Assembly: GCA_965220165.1 (NCBI GenBank) | Contig: CBDCPJ010000050.1 | Coordinates: forward strand, 6,622-70,621 | DNA from: Spirochaetia bacterium | GTDB lineage: Bacteria; Spirochaetota; Spirochaetia; G963692905 | Reading direction: 5' to 3' | DNA: 64,000 nt | Shown: positions 59,580-64,000 of the stretch, in pieces | How positions within the stretch are numbered: position 1 is the first letter of the stretch | How the letters are laid out: each line of letters opens with the position of its first letter | Translations under genes and position numbers: made by a program | The notes under the pieces: model-generated | Seen by the model: only the letters and a program-made list of their open reading frames with translations | Databases searched by the model: none | What the model was told of the DNA's origin: nothing

Positions 59580-60050
59580 GTGAAATATATAACTGGTAAC
59601 TATACTGGCGAGGGTAAAAAAATTGGCATCGTCGCGTCCCGTTTTAATCAAACGATAACGTCGTCTCTCCTTGATGGCGCTGTCGATTGCCTGACACGCC
59701 ATAGACTACGAGATGAGGATATAACTGTTTGCTGGGTTCCGGGAAGTATGGAATTGCCGCTTGCCGCTCATCAATTGGCGGTTAAAGGCGATGTTGACGC
59801 GATTATCTGTCTTGGCGCCGTTATTCGCGGAGCGACAGCTCATTTCGACTACGTTGCCAGTAGCGCCGCAACCGGTATATCGTCTGTCTCGCTTCAAACC
59901 AATATGCCGGTTATCTTTGGCGTATTAACTACAGACACAATTGAGCAAGCGGTGGAGCGTTCTGGATCTAAAGCGGGAAACCGCGGATGGGACGCGGCTA
60001 TGGCTGCGCTGGAGATGATAGACGTTCTGACGCGCATACAAAACGCATGA
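59580..60050 (+). CDS. ribH: 6,7-dimethyl-8-ribityllumazine synthase
   Basis: IGIVASRFN, VPGSMELP, CLGAVIRGAT.HFDYV, FGVLTT. GTG at 59580 preferred. Confidence 0.95.
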   Translation: MKYITGNYTGEGKKIGIVASRFNQTITSSLLDGAVDCLTRHRLRDEDITVCWVPGSMELPLAAHQLAVKGDVDAIICLGAVIRGATAHFDYVASSAATGISSVSLQTNMPVIFGVLTTDTIEQAVERSGSKAGNRGWDAAMAALEMIDVLTRIQNA

Positions 60051-60445
60051 CAAAATCGGTCTTTTGTAACGTAGCGGCAATAGGAATTATCGCGTTGACG
60101 CTCTCTTTTGCCCGCGCGGATCATATAGATAGCCCGAACTATGTCGCTATTCCCGCTCGGAGCGGACGCGTTCAAATACACAACAATATTGTGGGAGAGA
60201 CGTTGCGCAACAGCGCGCGTCTTTCCTATCGTTTGTTGAATGAAACGTTGGTGCTGGTAACGGTCTATAATCTAGCCGGAAATGTTGTGCGGCGCCTGCT
60301 TAATGCTACGCAACCGTCGGGCAACTATTCCATTGTTTGGGACGGGACCAATGACAACGGAGAACGAGCCGCGTTGGGGCTCTATTTCATTCGCATTATT
60401 GCCGGCGATATCGACGAGTACAATAAAATATTGCTTGTCCGCTAG
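60047..60445 (+). CDS. Small secreted protein with FlgD Ig-like domain
   Basis: Signal peptide from ATG 60047, which overlaps the ribH stop. VYNLAGNVVRRL...G.YSIVWDGTND.G....GLYF motif. Confidence 0.7.
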   Translation: MTKSVFCNVAAIGIIALTLSFARADHIDSPNYVAIPARSGRVQIHNNIVGETLRNSARLSYRLLNETLVLVTVYNLAGNVVRRLLNATQPSGNYSIVWDGTNDNGERAALGLYFIRIIAGDIDEYNKILLVR

Positions 60446-61093
60446 CTAACGCGCGCGGAGGATATAATCTCCCAATTCGTCGAAGTCGGTAAATGCCTGA
60501 ATATGAGGATATTGCGCCGTAATTGATTGAGGGGCGCGAAAAAATGCCCCTCTATTTGCCGCCTGTATCATACCAAGGTCGTTATATGAATCTCCGGCTG
60601 CGATCGTGTAGCACCCCATAGCTATAAAACCCATCGTCGCTTGCCTTTTCCCGTTTTCCTGACGCATGCTATATCCATTGATAATTCCATTGCTATCAAC
60701 GGTTATGCTGTTGCAAAGAATAGTTGGCCATTCCAACTTTGGCAATATGGGAGGTAAAAATTGACTAAATGTGTCTGATAATATGATAACCGGCAGCGAT
60801 CGCCTGATGCGGCGAAGAAATTGAAGGGCGCCGTCGATCGGATTCATTTCATCGATAACGCCATGAATATCGGCAAGGGTTATTTTGTGTTTCGCCAATA
60901 TATCCAGCCGTATTTGCATCAATTCATCATAATCGGGTATATCGCGCGTGGTTGCGAAGAGATCCGAAATATTGAGCCGCTTGGCTGTGGCGATCCATAT
61001 TTCAGGGAATAATACGCCCTCCATATCCAACAGAGCAATTGCCATGGAGGTTTTCGAGTCGATGTCGTTAGTCGCTATCTTTGGGTTGTTCAT
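60446..61093 (-). CDS. thrH: Phosphoserine phosphatase/homoserine phosphotransferase ThrH (HAD)
   Basis: LDMEGVLFPEIW, TRDIPDYDELM, ILSDTF, AAGDSYND. The true start may be ATG 61045. Confidence 0.9.
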   Translation of the reverse strand: MNNPKIATNDIDSKTSMAIALLDMEGVLFPEIWIATAKRLNISDLFATTRDIPDYDELMQIRLDILAKHKITLADIHGVIDEMNPIDGALQFLRRIRRSLPVIILSDTFSQFLPPILPKLEWPTILCNSITVDSNGIINGYSMRQENGKRQATMGFIAMGCYTIAAGDSYNDLGMIQAANRGAFFRAPQSITAQYPHIQAFTDFDELGDYILRAR

Positions 61094-61607
61094 AATCTTT
61101 TACCGATATTTGATTGTCATACATCTGTTGTATCCATTCTTCTCCGCTATTTCGTAGAAACGGGTGCTCGGGAACCGCCGCCGATAACATCATGCTGGCA
61201 ATAGACTGCAACGACTCTAACAGGCGTGTCTGCTGTTCGCTGGGTATTTGATCAAATTTTTCTAGAAATTCCGAGTGGAGCAACTGAGGTCCGCTACCCA
61301 ATATCCTTTTGGCCACAGGAGTAATTGTAAGCTCCGACTTTCTCTTGTCTCGTTCGCTTCTGTGTCGGACAACCAAATGCCGTTCTTCCAATCGATCGAT
61401 AATATTATTGACCGTCGACGAACTAATACACGTGGTTATCGCAAGCTCTTTTTGAGTAATATGAGGATATTTCGCGATTTCGCTGATAAGTAGCAACTGG
61501 GGCCCGGTGAGCCCATAATTGCGCTCTAAGTAGCGAGAATGCAGGTCGATTGAACGGATTATCTGGCGGATAATCATCAATACGTAACCGCCATTGCTTA
61601 TTGCCAT
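61068..61607 (-). CDS. MarR family transcriptional regulator
   Basis: YGLTGPQLLL, SSSTVNNIIDRLEER.LV.R.RS..DKR. Confidence 0.88.
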   Translation of the reverse strand: MAISNGGYVLMIIRQIIRSIDLHSRYLERNYGLTGPQLLLISEIAKYPHITQKELAITTCISSSTVNNIIDRLEERHLVVRHRSERDKRKSELTITPVAKRILGSGPQLLHSEFLEKFDQIPSEQQTRLLESLQSIASMMLSAAVPEHPFLRNSGEEWIQQMYDNQISVKDYEQPKDSD

Positions 61608-61608
61608 A

Positions 61609-63567
61609 TTATGCGAACGCATTGGCTCGGGAACGTTGACGCTGAAGCATCAGCGTCCCCGCATAGATAAGCGCCGCGATAGGTATCATAATGTAGCGGT
61701 ACGATTCGGCGATACTGAACAACGATGCGGCGCGTCCTGGGAGAAAGAATAGCCCCGAACATGTCAAAAAAAGAATTGATTCGTACCATCGATTTTTGAC
61801 AATCCCCCACCCTTGCGCAAGATTGGCAAATGATAGCGCCCCCATCGTCGCGCTGACAAAAATAAGAATGGTAACCCAAAATCCAGAAATCCCAACCAAC
61901 AGTATCTCGGGATTGAATACAAACATAAATGGGATAACCGCTGTGCGTAGGTCGTAGATAAATCCTTTAATGCCTGTTTTAAATGGATTGCTCTTGGCGA
62001 TAGCCGCGGCTGTATATGCCGCAAGACCTACCGGTGGCGTGTCGTCGGCTAGAATGCCAAAGTAAAATGCAAATAGGTGCGCGGCGATCGCGGGGATAAT
62101 TAGACCCGCATTCGCTCCTAGGTTGACGATTATCGGGACTGTAATCGATGCCATAACAATATAGGTAGCCGTTGTCGGAAGCCCCATACCAAGCACGAGG
62201 CAGGCGATTGCGGTGATAACGAGCAAAACAATAATTCTGCCGCCGCTAATGTATTCGACTATTTGCACAATAAGGCTGCCAATTCCGGTATTGACGAGCC
62301 CGACAATGATTCCGGCGGTAGCGGTGGCCAACGCGACGGAAAGCATATTTTTGCTTCCCTCGACCATTCCTCGTCCTATCGTATTGGACAGCGATGCGAG
62401 AATTTTGGCAATTGGTTTTCCCCGCTCAATATAAAATGTCCGAACCGCCGCTACGACAATGAGCGCGATAATCGCGTTGAATGCCGCCAACTTAGGAGAC
62501 CTTCGCAATATCATTAAATCGTACATCAAAAAAATGATGGGAATAAGATGATACCATCCCTTTGCCATTACATCGCGAAGAGAAGCGATATTTTCTCGGG
62601 GGATGCCGCGTAAATTGAGACGCGTTGCCTCTAAGTGCGTTATGTAGAACAGCGCGAAATAGGAGACCAACGCGGGAATGAAAGCCGCTCGCACTACCGC
62701 TAGATAGCCAATGCCGAGATATTCGGCGATAATAAACGCGGCGGCGCCCATAATGGGAGGCATAAGTTGCCCATTTGTGCTTGCCGCGACTTCGGTCGCC
62801 GCGGCGACAACACCGGGATATCCCGTCTTTTTCATCAATGGAATAGTGAATGTGCCGGTTGTAACAACATTCGCGATACTCGAGCCGCTTACCATTCCGG
62901 TAAGCCCGCTTGAGATGACCGCCGCCTTTGCCGGGCCGCCTTTAAATCTTCCAAACAACGCCAAAGCCAAGTTATTGAAAAATTCGCCGGCGCCGAGCGC
63001 GCTCAACATTGATCCGAACAATACAAATAGGTAGACGGTTGTGGCGGAGACATCGATAGGAATTCCAAAAATTCCTTCGGAAGAAAGCGCCAACTGATTG
63101 ATATATTTGCTCATCGAGATGCCCTTATATCCGAATATACCCGGCAAATAGGGCCCCGCGAACGCATAGAGCGAAAAGAAGAGCGCGATGATCACCATTG
63201 GAAGCCCTATTACCTTGCGGGCGGCAATCAAAAGAAACACAATCATAACGATACTAATGATTATGTCTCGGGTGTTTGGGCGCCCGGCGCGCGCGGACAC
63301 GCCTTCCCAATCAAATACAATATACAATGTCGAGGCAACCGCGACAAATAACGCGATAACCGTCAGGGACCGCAACAATATCTTCGCCGCTTTATATTTA
63401 ACGGAGGCGAAATCGATAGTGAGATAGGTTAGCGCCAGCGCGAACGCGAGATGGATCGAACGGGTAGCAATGCTATCGACGATAAGAAATCGAGGAAGCG
63501 CCAGCTGGAACAGAGCCCAGCCGAGCGCTAACGATGTAAATGCTACTTTTCTAATCGATGAAAACAC
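61609..63567 (-). CDS. TRAP transporter fused permease (4TM/12TM)
   Basis: EGIFGIP, GGPAKAAV, GSSIANVVTTG, GGQ-like NGQLMPPIMGAAAF, LGMGLPTTATY, LADDTPPV. Confidence 0.93.
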   Translation of the reverse strand: MFSSIRKVAFTSLALGWALFQLALPRFLIVDSIATRSIHLAFALALTYLTIDFASVKYKAAKILLRSLTVIALFVAVASTLYIVFDWEGVSARAGRPNTRDIIISIVMIVFLLIAARKVIGLPMVIIALFFSLYAFAGPYLPGIFGYKGISMSKYINQLALSSEGIFGIPIDVSATTVYLFVLFGSMLSALGAGEFFNNLALALFGRFKGGPAKAAVISSGLTGMVSGSSIANVVTTGTFTIPLMKKTGYPGVVAAATEVAASTNGQLMPPIMGAAAFIIAEYLGIGYLAVVRAAFIPALVSYFALFYITHLEATRLNLRGIPRENIASLRDVMAKGWYHLIPIIFLMYDLMILRRSPKLAAFNAIIALIVVAAVRTFYIERGKPIAKILASLSNTIGRGMVEGSKNMLSVALATATAGIIVGLVNTGIGSLIVQIVEYISGGRIIVLLVITAIACLVLGMGLPTTATYIVMASITVPIIVNLGANAGLIIPAIAAHLFAFYFGILADDTPPVGLAAYTAAAIAKSNPFKTGIKGFIYDLRTAVIPFMFVFNPEILLVGISGFWVTILIFVSATMGALSFANLAQGWGIVKNRWYESILFLTCSGLFFLPGRAASLFSIAESYRYIMIPIAALIYAGTLMLQRQRSRANAFA

Positions 63568-63583
63568 CGCCTATTCGTGTCTA

Positions 63584-64000
63584 CTATTGCAGAAGATCGG
63601 GATTGATCATATCTGTCAATCCAGCTTCTTGATAGTACCGAATGGCACCGGGGTGCAGAGGAGCGGACATGCCTGTCAATAGGTCTTCCTTCTGCAACAC
63701 CTGATAGGCCGGATGCAACGAGCGAAACGATTCAAAATTCTCGAACACCTCCCTGGTAATTGCGTAGACTACATCATCGGATACGCTGGCCGATGTGACC
63801 ATTGTAGCCTTTACGCCTATCGTCTCTATGTCTTCGTCCCCTACGGCTTGAGGATATGCGGCGATAGGAATGAGCGATTTCGCGTAATAGGGATTGGCGT
63901 CCAGTAGTGTTTGCGCGGCGGGTCCGACAATTGGGACAAAACGAACTTTGATGCGTCCCGATGTCGACTCTTGAATCGTGCCATTGGGATGTCCCACAGT
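63584..64000 (-). CDS. TAXI-family TRAP solute-binding protein, C-terminal part (5' end outside window)
   Basis: TIGVKATMVT...V.DDVVYAITR, LHPA, PLHPGAIRYY.E. Confidence 0.85.
   Translation of the reverse strand, partial: TVGHPNGTIQESTSGRIKVRFVPIVGPAAQTLLDANPYYAKSLIPIAAYPQAVGDEDIETIGVKATMVTSASVSDDVVYAITREVFENFESFRSLHPAYQVLQKEDLLTGMSAPLHPGAIRYYQEAGLTDMINPDLLQ

Overview
A 64-kb chromosomal stretch of core genes, most likely from a spirochaete. That assignment is an inference from the rpoN-hpf-hprK-ptsH block, the spirochaete-style YmdB and vWA proteins, and several lipoproteins. The window is gene-dense: ftsK, ilvC, pgsA, asd, wecA, hisH/F, tkt, rpoN operon, holA, manA, pntAAB, carD, topA, cimA-leuA, acnA, ribH, thrH and a TRAP transporter. 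I saw no rRNA, tRNA, CRISPR array or transposase. The most unusual items are: (1) a 1125-aa fusion of 2-oxoacid dehydrogenase E1-alpha, E1-beta, a lipoyl domain and a FabH/KAS III with all catalytic motifs intact but no E2 acyltransferase, abutting ilvC and followed by an MFS and an SDR; (2) a CarD/CdnL gene with about 14 tandem 261-bp repeats, 11 of which encode an AT-hook-like KKRRGRKPK patch; (3) three diverged copies of a structured intergenic repeat, two of which share a 14-nt loop on different, compensating stems; (4) a leader-peptide attenuator upstream of leuA-cimA that the ORF track misses; (5) several sigma70-type promoters positioned to give leaderless mRNAs. The ftsK and carD frames break inside their tandem arrays, which may be assembly error.
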